IMG/VR virus record: IMGVR_UViG_3300028886_001681
Coordinates: 64,001 to 128,000 of that record
Length of the DNA: 64,000 bases
Reading direction: 5' to 3' (one strand)
Source: a virus
Taxonomy: Duplodnaviria > Caudoviricetes
The notes below the pieces were generated by a model. That model did not search any database. It was not told the origin of the DNA and saw only the letters and a program-made list of their open reading frames with translations. The translations under genes were made by a program, and so were the position numbers. Shown piece by piece: positions 41,588 through 52,535 of the stretch; the stretch's first letter is position 1; each line of letters begins with the position of its first letter.

Positions 41588-42353
41588 AAATGTCCTTTCG
41601 GTATTCTTCGATTCTCTTTTTTGCAATTTCGAAATAATTTTCGTCTTTCTCTATTCCAATGAATTTTCGTTTCATTATGAGGGAGGCGACGCATGTGGAA
41701 CCGCTTCCAAGACAGTTGTCCAAAACGACATCACCTTCCTTAGTGTAAAAGCCAATCAACTTTTTCAACAATTCTATCGGCTTTTGGGTCGGATGGAATT
41801 TTTCGGAATCCCTCTTGCATTTCAATATGTTGCTCGGAACATTGGAATGCGACACATATTCCTTATTGGAGTTCAACTTGTTGTTCAAACCGTCATACCC
41901 GCTATTCTTTCTAAATTTGGAGTTGGGATTGTTCCTTTTCATCTTTCCTTCTTCCCTTTCGATGAAAAATTTTATAGGATTCTTGCTCAAACTTCCGACA
42001 GTTGCCTTCGAGAACACGCAGATGTCCTCCGTTTTCTTCAAAGGGGCGTATGCGGAATTCAAGAATCCGTTGGCCGACTCCTTCTCCCATATCCAATTAT
42101 ATCGCCATTCCTCCAAATTTGAGCAAATCAAAGTCGAGGTGAACGGTTGGGTCGCAAACAAGACGACCACTCCATCATCCTTCACGATTCTATGATAATG
42201 TTCCCACAATTTATTATAAGGAATGATTGAATCCCATTTGTGGGCAGTGGTTCCAAAAGGCAAGTCGCACAAAACCAAGTCAACTGAACCGCTTTCAATT
42301 CCGTTCATCACTTCAAGGCAATCACCCTTGAATAATTCGAAGGGTTCGCTCAT
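41577..42353 (-). CDS. DNA N4-C/N6-A methyltransferase (beta class)
   Basis: DLPF, HPTQKP, LDNCLGSGST. Confidence 0.9.
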   Translation of the reverse strand: MSEPFELFKGDCLEVMNGIESGSVDLVLCDLPFGTTAHKWDSIIPYNKLWEHYHRIVKDDGVVVLFATQPFTSTLICSNLEEWRYNWIWEKESANGFLNSAYAPLKKTEDICVFSKATVGSLSKNPIKFFIEREEGKMKRNNPNSKFRKNSGYDGLNNKLNSNKEYVSHSNVPSNILKCKRDSEKFHPTQKPIELLKKLIGFYTKEGDVVLDNCLGSGSTCVASLIMKRKFIGIEKDENYFEIAKKRIEEYRKDIFSL

Positions 42354-43768
42354 TGTCCGAACATCTCCTCATAAACGCTCTCAGAGTATTCATTATTTTT
42401 TACATAATTCAAACTTTCTTCAGTAGCGTGAATATCTTTCATTTGAATAGGTTTTGCTAACCCGAAATCCTTGATAGAACGGAATCTACTTAAAGCAACA
42501 TACAAACCATTATCTGGAACCCAATTACCATAGTCTATATATGCTCTTGCAAGTGTAAGTCCCTGTGTCTTATGTATAGTAGACGCACTACAAACTTTAA
42601 TCGGTATGTTATCATATGAACCTACAATCTTACTCTTTACAACCGTATGTCCATTTTCTTCTACGAGTTCATATTCATAATTATTTATAACCGCCCTTTC
42701 AACTTTAACTTCTCTATCACCTAAATCGACAATAGCGTAATCATCGTTACAAGAAATCAGTGTTCCCATACTACCGTTATAATAATCACGAATTCCTTCT
42801 CCATTAATCGAAGCGTTTCTCGTTATCATTATCGGGCAACCAATCTTCACCCAAATCTTTTCAGCGTAAAATCCGTTCTTAAATTCAGCGGTTTCCCTAA
42901 ATGTTCCTGTAATTTTTGCAGTTAAACAAATGAACTTTCCATCGATAGCGTCCAAAGCAATCTGATTATATTTCTGTACATCTTTATTAGTAGACACAAT
43001 TCTCAAGAAAGATTCATTCTGCATAATATAATCTTCTTCACTCATGACACGCTGATTAAGCCAGTCCAAATCATCTTGAGTCTGTTCACATACACGAATT
43101 CTGTTCAAAACATCCTTAAATCTCTCATCGGTATCGTTCTGACGATATATTTTTGTAAGCAAGAATGTGGCAAATCCCATATCTCTAAATGCAAATGAAG
43201 AAAAGAATTCTACATTTCCATTGTAGTTTATCATATAATAATCTTTTACTTGTGGGTCGTCCATTTTTACAACACATTGAAGTTGCAAGCAGTCTCCGAA
43301 CAAAATAACTCTTGTTGGTTTTCCTCTTCGACATACACGAATAATGGACATTATATAATCGAACATATCACAACTGACCATAGAAACTTCATCAAAAATA
43401 AAGCAATCAATGTTTCCAATCAAATCTTTTTGTGAATAAGAAGAGTTTGTAAATGCACCGAAAATGTCAGTTGGTTTTAATTTAAATAAACTGTGAATTG
43501 TAGTAGCACCAAGATTACTTCCGTTATTCAACAAAGCACTTGCGACACCTGTAGAAGAAGCAATTGCAACATTCATTCTCTTGTTTTCAACATCGTCAGA
43601 AAACATACAATTAATGATTTTAAGTAATGTACTTTTACCACTTCCTGCATTTCCTTGTATGCTTACTTTGGCATTATCATTTTCTCTTATATATTTCAGA
43701 ATTTCCATGTATTTGTCTGAAAATTCAATACCGTCAAAATGTTCCTTCAATTCTTCGATAGATTTCAT
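42350..43768 (-). CDS. Pif1/RecD-like SF1B helicase
   Basis: GNAGSGKS, TIHSLF, DEVSM, GD.LQL, TIHKTQGLT, YVALSR. Confidence 0.9.
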   Translation of the reverse strand: MKSIEELKEHFDGIEFSDKYMEILKYIRENDNAKVSIQGNAGSGKSTLLKIINCMFSDDVENKRMNVAIASSTGVASALLNNGSNLGATTIHSLFKLKPTDIFGAFTNSSYSQKDLIGNIDCFIFDEVSMVSCDMFDYIMSIIRVCRRGKPTRVILFGDCLQLQCVVKMDDPQVKDYYMINYNGNVEFFSSFAFRDMGFATFLLTKIYRQNDTDERFKDVLNRIRVCEQTQDDLDWLNQRVMSEEDYIMQNESFLRIVSTNKDVQKYNQIALDAIDGKFICLTAKITGTFRETAEFKNGFYAEKIWVKIGCPIMITRNASINGEGIRDYYNGSMGTLISCNDDYAIVDLGDREVKVERAVINNYEYELVEENGHTVVKSKIVGSYDNIPIKVCSASTIHKTQGLTLARAYIDYGNWVPDNGLYVALSRFRSIKDFGLAKPIQMKDIHATEESLNYVKNNEYSESVYEEMFGQ

Positions 43769-43856
43769 TTTGTTCTTCCATTTATAAAAAATCCGCAAGA
43801 AAAACTCTCGCGGATTGTAGTTTACAGACTTTCGTTAGATTTGTCTAGCCTTTTTC

Positions 43857-44510
43857 TTAAAATTGTTCAGTTACTTCTCTAATAGCGTCTGTGATGAACT
43901 CTTCCAAATCATCGGCATCTTCCTGCAAAAGAACAGTATTAGACTTGTAATCTTTTACTAAAGCATGTCCATATTCATCTTGTACTGTCATAGAAACTGT
44001 AAGTTCAATTCCTTCATCAGTTTCCTCAAGTTCACAATAAACATCAGTGTACAAATCTGTTCCTTCCATATCCATTTCGTATTCTGAAAGTTCTTCGGCT
44101 AAATCACTTGCTCCCATATCATACAAATCATTATAATTCAACTTTTCATCATCTTTATCTGTAATTCCAAGTTCAATAAGTTCATCTTTGTTTTCATCCC
44201 AAAGTCTTTCTCTTGCCGATTCCATGTTCATATCAATAATATCATCGATGAGTTTTGCAGTCTTTTTATTACTTGGTCTTTCTCCACTAGACCAAAAATA
44301 TGTAGGAAGTGTGATATAATCTATATCAACATTACCATTAGAAGTGATTCTTGCACGACCTTTGTTGTCATAAAGAATCATTCCATCACGCACATCAAAC
44401 AAATCAGAATTATACGATTCAGGGTTTTCCAAGATACTCACGATTGTATCTCTTACCAACTGTTCAAATCCTACTGTACGATATTCTTTTAATGATTTTT
44501 TGCTTTCCAT
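43857..44510 (-). CDS. acidic protein, candidate internal head protein
   Basis: Begins MESKKSLKE; co-transcribed from the late-type motif. Confidence 0.45.
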   Translation of the reverse strand: MESKKSLKEYRTVGFEQLVRDTIVSILENPESYNSDLFDVRDGMILYDNKGRARITSNGNVDIDYITLPTYFWSSGERPSNKKTAKLIDDIIDMNMESARERLWDENKDELIELGITDKDDEKLNYNDLYDMGASDLAEELSEYEMDMEGTDLYTDVYCELEETDEGIELTVSMTVQDEYGHALVKDYKSNTVLLQEDADDLEEFITDAIREVTEQF

Positions 44511-44523
44511 AATTTCCTCCAAA

Positions 44524-45756
44524 TTACATTAAATCAAATCCTATTTCTTTGGCGTCCTCGAAAGAAACATCGTGAACTCCGACTTCATAAATGTGGGCGC
44601 TCAAACGAGCGTTGTAAAGGATAATTTCGTCTTTCTTCCAAGCCTCGATTTCGTCCTTTGTCGGCTCGTCGCCGTTCTTGTTCTGCATGCAATCAGATAC
44701 TATTTCAGAATATCCGTTGTGGTCGCCGAACATATAGTCCTTGGGGTCATCGGAGAATCCGAAATAAGAGAATTCCTTCATCAATTCCTTGAGCGTGTAC
44801 TTCTTGTTCATGCCCAAATCATAAGCGTTGACGAACTTTCCTTCGCCATCCTCATAAGAATCCTCGTAAACGGAAATGTCGCCTTCAACCGCAAACAAAG
44901 TGTCCTTGTCCAAGGCTTCCTTCAATGATTTCTTGCCTTCATTGAGTTTTTCGTATCCGTCCTTTTTCAATATTTTTTCGAGTTCATAATCTCCCAAATG
45001 GGCGGTGTCTCCCTTTTTGCTTCCGAAAGCGTCGTCATCCAACAACTCAAACTCGATAGTTTCGTAAGTGTCTCCATCATATTTTTCTTTGCCGATGATT
45101 TTGATTCTTAATCCGTCTTTGTTGGCGAATACATCTCCGATTTTAAAAGACATTTTCTTTTCCGTGATTTTCTTTCCTTCCTCGAACAAGTAATCCTTCC
45201 AATTCTCGTCGTTAAACAACACATAGTCAGGATTCGCGTCAATCACATCTTGGGTGAAGAAAACGGTGTCGCCGTAGTTCTCCTCCGCATAGTCCAACGC
45301 GTCTTCCATAGTGTCGAATTCTTCAAGCAACACATAAGGTTTTTTGAGTTCGTGTCCGGTGATAAACAACTCGTAGTAGCCAGCGTACAGATAATATTTC
45401 TTCAATTTCTTCGCCATAACTTTATTCTCCTTTTTAGATTCATTATAATCACTAGTGTTCGGAAACGAAATTGTTATCTGCTTCGCATTCCAATCAATCT
45501 TTGTTCCGAAATCCATGTTGTGGAACAACACTCCGTTTTCGCTAAAGAGATAGTCGTCCAAGTCTCCGCTCTTGACCTTCTTCAAGTCCTTTCCTTCGCA
45601 TTGAAATGTGTATTTCACATCCAATCCCTTTCCGAGTCCGTTGTCCGTTATTTTGACATCAAATCCTTTTTCGTCAAAGAAAGACTCAATGTCTTTTTGA
45701 ATCAAATCGGCGGTCAAAATGTCGTATTTTATGCCTTTTTCAACTAGTCTTTTCAT
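44524..45756 (-). CDS. modular acidic protein, candidate internal head protein
   Basis: Modules separated by MKRLVE, GKKITE and KLNEGKKSLKE; late-type motif upstream. Confidence 0.45.
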   Translation of the reverse strand: MKRLVEKGIKYDILTADLIQKDIESFFDEKGFDVKITDNGLGKGLDVKYTFQCEGKDLKKVKSGDLDDYLFSENGVLFHNMDFGTKIDWNAKQITISFPNTSDYNESKKENKVMAKKLKKYYLYAGYYELFITGHELKKPYVLLEEFDTMEDALDYAEENYGDTVFFTQDVIDANPDYVLFNDENWKDYLFEEGKKITEKKMSFKIGDVFANKDGLRIKIIGKEKYDGDTYETIEFELLDDDAFGSKKGDTAHLGDYELEKILKKDGYEKLNEGKKSLKEALDKDTLFAVEGDISVYEDSYEDGEGKFVNAYDLGMNKKYTLKELMKEFSYFGFSDDPKDYMFGDHNGYSEIVSDCMQNKNGDEPTKDEIEAWKKDEIILYNARLSAHIYEVGVHDVSFEDAKEIGFDLM

Positions 45757-46966
45757 AAAAACCTCAAAGAAATTATTTTTATAAAATAGTTAAATGTTTC
45801 CCTTTAAAATTTCGTTCATCGCTCTTTTCTTCAAGAATTCCTCATTTTGAATCTTCGTCAGTTCCGCTCGGTCTTTGGAATTCATGTCTGAAACGAAAAG
45901 CCAAGAGGCCTCCTCGTCGTAATGGACTTTCTTGTTGAAGTCGGACAAAAAGACCTTGTGATTGTCCACTTCGTCCATTCTATCCTTCAAGCCCACGGAA
46001 ACTTCTTCCTCGTACTTGAACAAAAAGTTGTTGAATTCTTGGATTAACGCGAACAAAAGGGCGTAGTTCTCCAATTCCTTGCTTTTATCCTCGTTCTTGG
46101 CCTTCGAAACCGCGAAATTGAAGGCTTTTTCAAATTCTCGCTTCGCTCCGTAAAATGTTTTCGGCAATTCCTTTTCCATGTGATTCCTCCATATTAAAAA
46201 TCCGCTCGCCTTTAGAGCGGATTAAAAAATCATTTCTTTTCTTCCAAATTCTTTTGGATTTCATCGGTCTTGTTCTCGTTGGGAACGATTCCGAAGTCCG
46301 TTTCGTTCTGTGGTTCGCTCGGAGTTTCGTTCACAGTCTCTTTCTCTCCGTCAGAGGCGATTACCAACTCGGTTCCTTCCTCCAAGATTTGGCCTTCCAA
46401 AATATAGGGCTTCGTCAACTTTATAGTTTTCATCCTTTTCCTCCATAAATTAAAAAATCGTCCGTTTCAAGCGGACGATTAAAATAGTTAAGATTCCGTC
46501 TTTTTCTTCACGACAATCACTCGCTTTTTCTCTCCACTAGAAGAAATCGGTTGGGATTGACCTAGTGAATGCAATTTGTCCAATTGTTGTTGAAGTTGAA
46601 CTGCCTTGCTTCCAAGTTCGGAGTTCTTCTCCCTAAACTTGTCCAACTTGGCGGATTGAATTTTAGCCTCTTCAAGCAATCTTTCGATTTCCTTGTCCTT
46701 TTCCTTGATTACCTTGTTCAAATGGGGAATTGAATTTTCAGCCTTGGTCGCCCTTTTTTTCAAAGCGTGAATATATTCCATTCCGTTTCTCTGCAAAATG
46801 ACCCCAAGAAGAAACAACTTTTGCTCGTCGTTGAAGTTTTCCTCGGACACGATTTTGTTGATTGATTCCATCACCTTTCTTGTGTCAATGATGTTTTCAC
46901 CCAAGCATTCCAAATATTCATCGTATCGCTTTTGAATTTTCAAATCTCCCATTTCATCCTCCGAAT

Positions 46967-47293
46967 TTATCCGTTCTTGACCGCATTCTCAATCTTTTCA
47001 GAAAATTTGGTCAAGATTTTTTCAATTGACTTCAAGAATGTTTCATAGCCAAACACTGAAAAACCGAAAAGGCTAGCCTCCACGAAAATCATCAAGAACC
47101 AATCGATTTTGAAGATGAATTTTAAGGCCACCGAAAATCCACAAGAAAAAAGGAACGGAAGCCAAACTTTGTAGCCCTTCAAGATATCCTTCTTATCGAA
47201 CTTTTTCACGATTTCAGTGAACATTATTACGCATAAAATAGAAACGATGTAAAGAACCGAAAACAACTTTGCGTTTTGCATTAAATATTCCAT
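46967..47293 (-). CDS. holin-like small membrane protein
   Basis: Three hydrophobic segments, TEIVKK, charged C-terminal tail. Confidence 0.45.
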   Translation of the reverse strand: MEYLMQNAKLFSVLYIVSILCVIMFTEIVKKFDKKDILKGYKVWLPFLFSCGFSVALKFIFKIDWFLMIFVEASLFGFSVFGYETFLKSIEKILTKFSEKIENAVKNG

Positions 47294-47358
47294 AAATCCT
47301 CCGATAACACAAAACTCCCTCGATTGCAAAACCGAGGGAGTTAATGTTTAATTAAAAA

Positions 47359-48708
47359 TCAACCAAAAATGCTACCGCACTTGGGGCATGATGTGAAAGC
47401 GTCCGCTATAGTGCAAGAGCAAGGGCATTCTGCCAAATCAGTTCCTTCCTTGAAAGTCAATTCTTCTTTTTCGGAATCATACCCTGTAATTAAGGTTCTC
47501 TCTTCTTCCGTCAATTTGTCGATGTAAGGGAACACCGATTTCAACGCGAGGGCGTCAAACTTGGCGGTCTTCACAACCTTCTTCGCTACAGTGGGAGTTG
47601 GCTCTTCCACTTCACTAGGAAGTTCGCTAGACATTTCGCTCTCAACTTCAATTTGCTCTTCCGCAACTTCTTCCTTCGGCTCTTTAGCGACCGCAGTTTC
47701 GTTAGAAGCAGTCTCTCCGTTCTTCGCCTTGAGTTCGGCAAGTTCCTTTTCCTTCCATTCTACGAAAGCGTTGTAAAGGATAGGTTCTCCGTTGTTAAAG
47801 TCCATGTCTGTTTGTTTTATTAGGCGAGAAAATTTGCTCAAGAAGAATCCGCAATTTGTTGCCCTAGAAATAAAAGGCAAGTCCTCCAACTTGTACATCT
47901 CGTAATTTTCCTCTTCGTCGGTCAAATACTCCATTGTGACTTTCGAGGGGTCAAGTCCAAGATTGCTAATGGCGGTCTTCTGCTCAGGCGTCAAAATGGT
48001 GAGGTAAGAGTCGCCCTTCTTTTCCTTCAATCGCATGGCAACGATGTCGAATTGGTCATACATTCTGTTCAATTCTGTGCACTTGATGTCGAACACTTCG
48101 TTATAGAAAGACGGTTTAACTCCGTATGTGAAGTATGTCCTCATCTCTCCGTCAACTTCCTTTGATGTGGAGTCCCAACACAAAATTTTCGTGTGTTTGT
48201 TTTCCTTGCACCAATCATCCGTCTTGTCGATGCAGTTGAACAAGTAGTATGTGTCAGGTTGCATTCCTTTCTCGATGGCCGTGCACTTTTCCTTCGGCTT
48301 TCCGTTTCTCATGAATCTCTCGAAAGACGGCTTGCCGACATTGTCGTAAGTGCGAGTCTTAGTTTCCTTGTCGTACTTGTATTTTCCGATGATTGTGCGG
48401 AACAGTCTGTTGATTGGATGCTCTCGGTCGTCGGACAAAATGACCGTAGCCCAATGTCCTTCGTCGTCCACGCACATCGAGCGCTTGACGATGATTGGGT
48501 CTGTCGGTTTCTCTCTCATCAACGGTGAATTTCCCATAAGTCGAAGAATCTTTGGTTTGTCCTTATTTAGGACGCACGCCTTAAATTCAGGCAAGTCTTC
48601 TTTTGGGAACGAACTGTGCGAAGCCTTCTCCGCTTCAGCCTTTGCCTTCGCTTGTTGGAATTTCAACAAACGTTCCTTCGCTTTCTGCTCAGGTGACATC
48701 TCTTCCAT
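47359..48708 (-). CDS. putative ssDNA-binding protein (gp32-like)
   Basis: Size, acidic C-terminal region, terminal CxxC, own promoter and terminator, replication context; no firm motif match. Confidence 0.4.
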   Translation of the reverse strand: MEEMSPEQKAKERLLKFQQAKAKAEAEKASHSSFPKEDLPEFKACVLNKDKPKILRLMGNSPLMREKPTDPIIVKRSMCVDDEGHWATVILSDDREHPINRLFRTIIGKYKYDKETKTRTYDNVGKPSFERFMRNGKPKEKCTAIEKGMQPDTYYLFNCIDKTDDWCKENKHTKILCWDSTSKEVDGEMRTYFTYGVKPSFYNEVFDIKCTELNRMYDQFDIVAMRLKEKKGDSYLTILTPEQKTAISNLGLDPSKVTMEYLTDEEENYEMYKLEDLPFISRATNCGFFLSKFSRLIKQTDMDFNNGEPILYNAFVEWKEKELAELKAKNGETASNETAVAKEPKEEVAEEQIEVESEMSSELPSEVEEPTPTVAKKVVKTAKFDALALKSVFPYIDKLTEEERTLITGYDSEKEELTFKEGTDLAECPCSCTIADAFTSCPKCGSIFG

Positions 48709-48842
48709 AATCACTTCTCCTCGTCCGTTATTCACGGCACTATAAAAGGTAATTTATTTTTCGCTCTACGAGCAAACTCTAATTAAAGAGTGTATAACAT
48801 AGTTAAATATTTTTGTCAACAAAATTTGAAAAATATTTCAAA

Positions 48843-49271
48843 TTATTTCGACCCTGTGCTTCCACAACCCCCTCGATTTTCGTTACCCAAAACATCGACA
48901 GTTTCAAACTCAATCAGAGGCATTTTCTCCACCAACCTAAATTGGCAAATTCTGTCGTTTTTCTCAATCACTTCGTCTCTAGTTGCGTAAATCGGCATGA
49001 ACCACCAGTCATCGTCGCCTTTATAACTTTCATCAATTACACCCATATGGTTGGTTTGGATTATTCCCCACTTCTTGAAAGTAGACGACCTAGGAACGAC
49101 ATGGGCTTCGTAGCCTTGGGGAAGTTCCATAGCCACTCCGAGAGGAATCAACTTGAAATCGCCCTTCTTCAACTCGACTCTTTCCGCGCTATGCAAGTCA
49201 ATCCAGTCGCCTTTTTCTATCTTTTCAAGATGTGCGATTGAATCGTTAAGATATTTAATTTTGATTTTCAT
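48843..49271 (-). CDS. dut: dUTPase
   Basis: [24 protein letters not shown]. Confidence 0.92.
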   Translation of the reverse strand: MKIKIKYLNDSIAHLEKIEKGDWIDLHSAERVELKKGDFKLIPLGVAMELPQGYEAHVVPRSSTFKKWGIIQTNHMGVIDESYKGDDDWWFMPIYATRDEVIEKNDRICQFRLVEKMPLIEFETVDVLGNENRGGCGSTGSK

Positions 49272-49586
49272 TCATTTCCTCCATATTTTATCCGCAATAT
49301 TCGTTATCATACCATATCCCGTCACTCAATTCAAACAATCTAGCAATTTGAACGCAATCGGAATTTCCGTAGCCTTTCTTCAACTCCGACAAAAATTCAT
49401 CATATGAGATGTTCGGTTTGCCATAAATCTCTTCGTTTTTAATAAAATCGTTATAAGCGGATTCATAGTCGTCCGCTATTTTCACGATTTCTTGATTTTC
49501 AATCATGCTCTCGAAGTCTTCGTCATATTCATAGCCTTTGAAAATCACCCTCAATTTCGTCAAATCATTTTCGTTAAATTTCATAA

Positions 49587-50364
49587 TCAACTCCAAATGT
49601 CAAAAGAATCATTCTCCTTGGCTTCGCTCGATTTCCCAATCACAAACAACTTTTCCACCGCAACATCCCCTTTCTCTCTGTCAGATTTTTGTAACACCAT
49701 TCTTTCTTTGCTCCAAACACACTTGAAGTCGGAAGGCATGTAATATTCCGATACGAACACCCAATTGTTCTTTCCTAACTCCTTGCACCAACGATAAAAC
49801 TTTTCATAATCGAACTTGTTTTCATACTCTTTGGTGTTGTAATACGGAGGGTCGAGATAAAACAAAGCGTTTTTAAAATCATTCGGATTATAACTGTCAA
49901 ACGATTTCGCGTCAAATTCTATTTCTTTTAAAAGTATGGCTTGCTCTTTGGCATTTCTTAACCTTTCATTGTAAATACATCTTCCGCCTTTGGAATCTCG
50001 CCCATACCCGCCTTGGAAATACCTTCCACCAAAACTAGCGAAATAACCGATTCCGCTCGTATAAACCACAGAATACTTGTTCGTCTTGTTCTTTCTGTTT
50101 TCCCTCACATCGGAATAATGTTCAAAAGAACAATCTTGAGGAAAAATATCAAGATTAGGATTATCTCTCATATATTTTAAGAGTTCAATCAATTCTGAAT
50201 TTATATCTGAACCAATTCGATTCTTGCATCGAATATGGTCTATCATGTTGCCCCCCCCCCACGAAAGGCTCGATATATGTTTTAACATGATTTTTGTCTA
50301 TGCAATTCTGCAAAATCGGCAAAATCCATTTTCTCAACTTCGCCTTGCTTCCTTGGTACACCAT
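49587..50364 (-). pseudogene. dam: Dam-like adenine methyltransferase, frameshifted at a G10 tract
   Basis: MVYQGSK...YIEPFVGG lies in one frame and NMID...LDPPY in another; C10 on the + strand at 50251-50260. Confidence 0.85.
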
Positions 50365-50370
50365 ATATCG

Positions 50371-51153
50371 TTAGTCCTCCCAAATATTCTTCATTTTCTG
50401 CTCAATCTCTTCCTTAGTTATGTAGTTCGAGAACTTGTCCTTGAATTCAAACATTCCATATCGACACTCGCGCTCAAGCATATCACCGAACAACTCTCCG
50501 AACTTGCTAGCCTTTTGCCCCTCCATCGAGTCGTTGGAAATGAACCATGTGCTTTTGCGAACCACCTCTAGTCGGTCTTTTAGCCAAACAATCAAGAGCC
50601 TTTCCTTGTAACCGCTTGCCCACAAACAACATCTGTTTTCCTCGAATTCATCGATTACCAAAACATCAACATTTTTGATATAGTCCAACTTTTCCCTCAA
50701 TTCGTCGTCTCGCTCCGAGTCGTGCAACAAAGAAATCAAGTCCTTGGCGAAGATGTAATGAACGCTCTTCCCCTTACAAGCGAGTTTGGCAAGCATCCCT
50801 TTCAATGTGTACGATTTTTGAGTTCCTTGCCCTCCCCACACATAGCAGTGAAGGCGGTCGAATGGCTTATTTGGATTGTCGAACTCGTCCACATATTTGC
50901 GTAATTTTTTAATGTTTCCGCCTTCATCCTCGCCTCGATAGTCAGACCAATCGAAATCCATCAACTTTTTGAAGTCTTCGTAATTCGAGTTCTCGTCCAA
51001 CAGGCCGCTCTTGCACAAGATGCCGCTAGCCTTGAGTTCGTACTCATATTTCTTTCTGCAATTGCATTTTGTGGCAATATTACTTGCTATAATAAATCCA
51101 TTCGAGTCACAGTTATCACATTTATATAAATTAAATTCTCCTAATATTCCCAT
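50371..51153 (-). CDS. DnaC/IstB-like ATPase (helicase loader-like)
   Basis: CxxC...CxC, GGQGTQKS, VLVIDE, DR...KST.FISN. Confidence 0.7.
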   Translation of the reverse strand: MGILGEFNLYKCDNCDSNGFIIASNIATKCNCRKKYEYELKASGILCKSGLLDENSNYEDFKKLMDFDWSDYRGEDEGGNIKKLRKYVDEFDNPNKPFDRLHCYVWGGQGTQKSYTLKGMLAKLACKGKSVHYIFAKDLISLLHDSERDDELREKLDYIKNVDVLVIDEFEENRCCLWASGYKERLLIVWLKDRLEVVRKSTWFISNDSMEGQKASKFGELFGDMLERECRYGMFEFKDKFSNYITKEEIEQKMKNIWED

Positions 51154-51230
51154 ATAATTCTCACATTTGTTAAAAAAATAAACCCTAGTACAAAATAATA
51201 GCAAAATATTAAAAATCTGTCAAGCCTTTT

Positions 51231-52535
51231 TTATAAATTTTGAAAATATTTGCTTAATTCTTCAACCGCTTTAAGATTATTAACTCTCAATAAAATTATT
51301 CCGTTCTTTTTACAATAATCATTTTTGATTTTATCTCGGAATTGATTTGATTTTAAAAGTTTTTCCATTTCTTCATCAGTCATTTTTCCATTCCAATTTA
51401 CTTTTTCAAAATGTGGAATACCGTCAGATTCTATACATAAATTATATTTTGGAATATAAAAATCAAATCTTAATTGTTGTTTATATTTACAACCTTCAAA
51501 TTTTTTCTGTTCTTCAAATTCTATTTCTTTTTCATTTAAAAATTTCCTAATTGCTTCTTCGCCTTTATTTTTATTACATTTTCTACAACCTTCCCCAATT
51601 AAATGATTGGCAGGTTTTTGTGGAAAATCACCATGTTTCGGACAAGTTATAATTACATCAATTCGATTCGTTATATAATTTACTTTAGAATAACCATAAG
51701 TTCCAACTCCATGAATTTCGTTCGCTTTTTCGATAAATTCTTCAGTTGTTAATTTTTTAGTTCCGCCACAAATAGGACATCCGCTACCACCCAAATGATG
51801 AGATGGCGTTTGAGGGAATTCATAAAGAATGTTATGATTTGGGCAAATTATAATTACTTCGGTTCTCATATCAATATAATTTACTTTAGAATAATCATAA
51901 GTTCCTTCTCCGTGAACTTCATTTGCTCGCTCTATAAATTCTTCAGTGTTAAATTTAAGAAGTTCTGATAATTTTTTATATTGACATTTTCTACAACCTT
52001 CACCTTTCAAATGATTTAATGGGGTTTGAAGAAAATCACCATGTTTTAGGCAAATTATTATCACCTCAGTATTGATATTTATATATTTTACTTTTGAATA
52101 ATCGTATCTTCCTATACCGTGAATTATATTTGCTCTTTCTATAAATTCTGTTGTCGTTAATTTTTTACTGCCTCCACAAATAGGACAACCTCGACCGATT
52201 AAATGTTTATTCGGTGTTTGTGGAAATGATTCGTGACCTTCAACTCTACAAATGATTTCCACATGTTTTGATGATTTTATATAAACTACATTAGAATAAT
52301 CATATCTATTACCATGTTTTCTTAAAGCCTTTCTGATAAAAGTTTTCGTCTTTTCGTCTTTGTTGGAATATCTTTCGGAAATTATCTTTTCGATTTCCTC
52401 CTCCGACAATTTTGAGTATTCAATAATTTGATTTTTCGATTCTACATTTTCGATAGAAACGCAATTCTTACAATCACAATTTTCTTGTTTTGATTTGCCT
52501 TTGTCATACGACATAATGTGAGTTAATAAATTCAT
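51231..52535 (-). CDS. free-standing endonuclease with DUF723-like Zn repeats and a Vsr-like domain
   Basis: Four YDYS.V.Y...V.I.C..H..F.Q.P..HL.G.GC..C repeats; LRFDFY...IE.DG..H. Confidence 0.8.
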   Translation of the reverse strand: MNLLTHIMSYDKGKSKQENCDCKNCVSIENVESKNQIIEYSKLSEEEIEKIISERYSNKDEKTKTFIRKALRKHGNRYDYSNVVYIKSSKHVEIICRVEGHESFPQTPNKHLIGRGCPICGGSKKLTTTEFIERANIIHGIGRYDYSKVKYININTEVIIICLKHGDFLQTPLNHLKGEGCRKCQYKKLSELLKFNTEEFIERANEVHGEGTYDYSKVNYIDMRTEVIIICPNHNILYEFPQTPSHHLGGSGCPICGGTKKLTTEEFIEKANEIHGVGTYGYSKVNYITNRIDVIITCPKHGDFPQKPANHLIGEGCRKCNKNKGEEAIRKFLNEKEIEFEEQKKFEGCKYKQQLRFDFYIPKYNLCIESDGIPHFEKVNWNGKMTDEEMEKLLKSNQFRDKIKNDYCKKNGIILLRVNNLKAVEELSKYFQNL

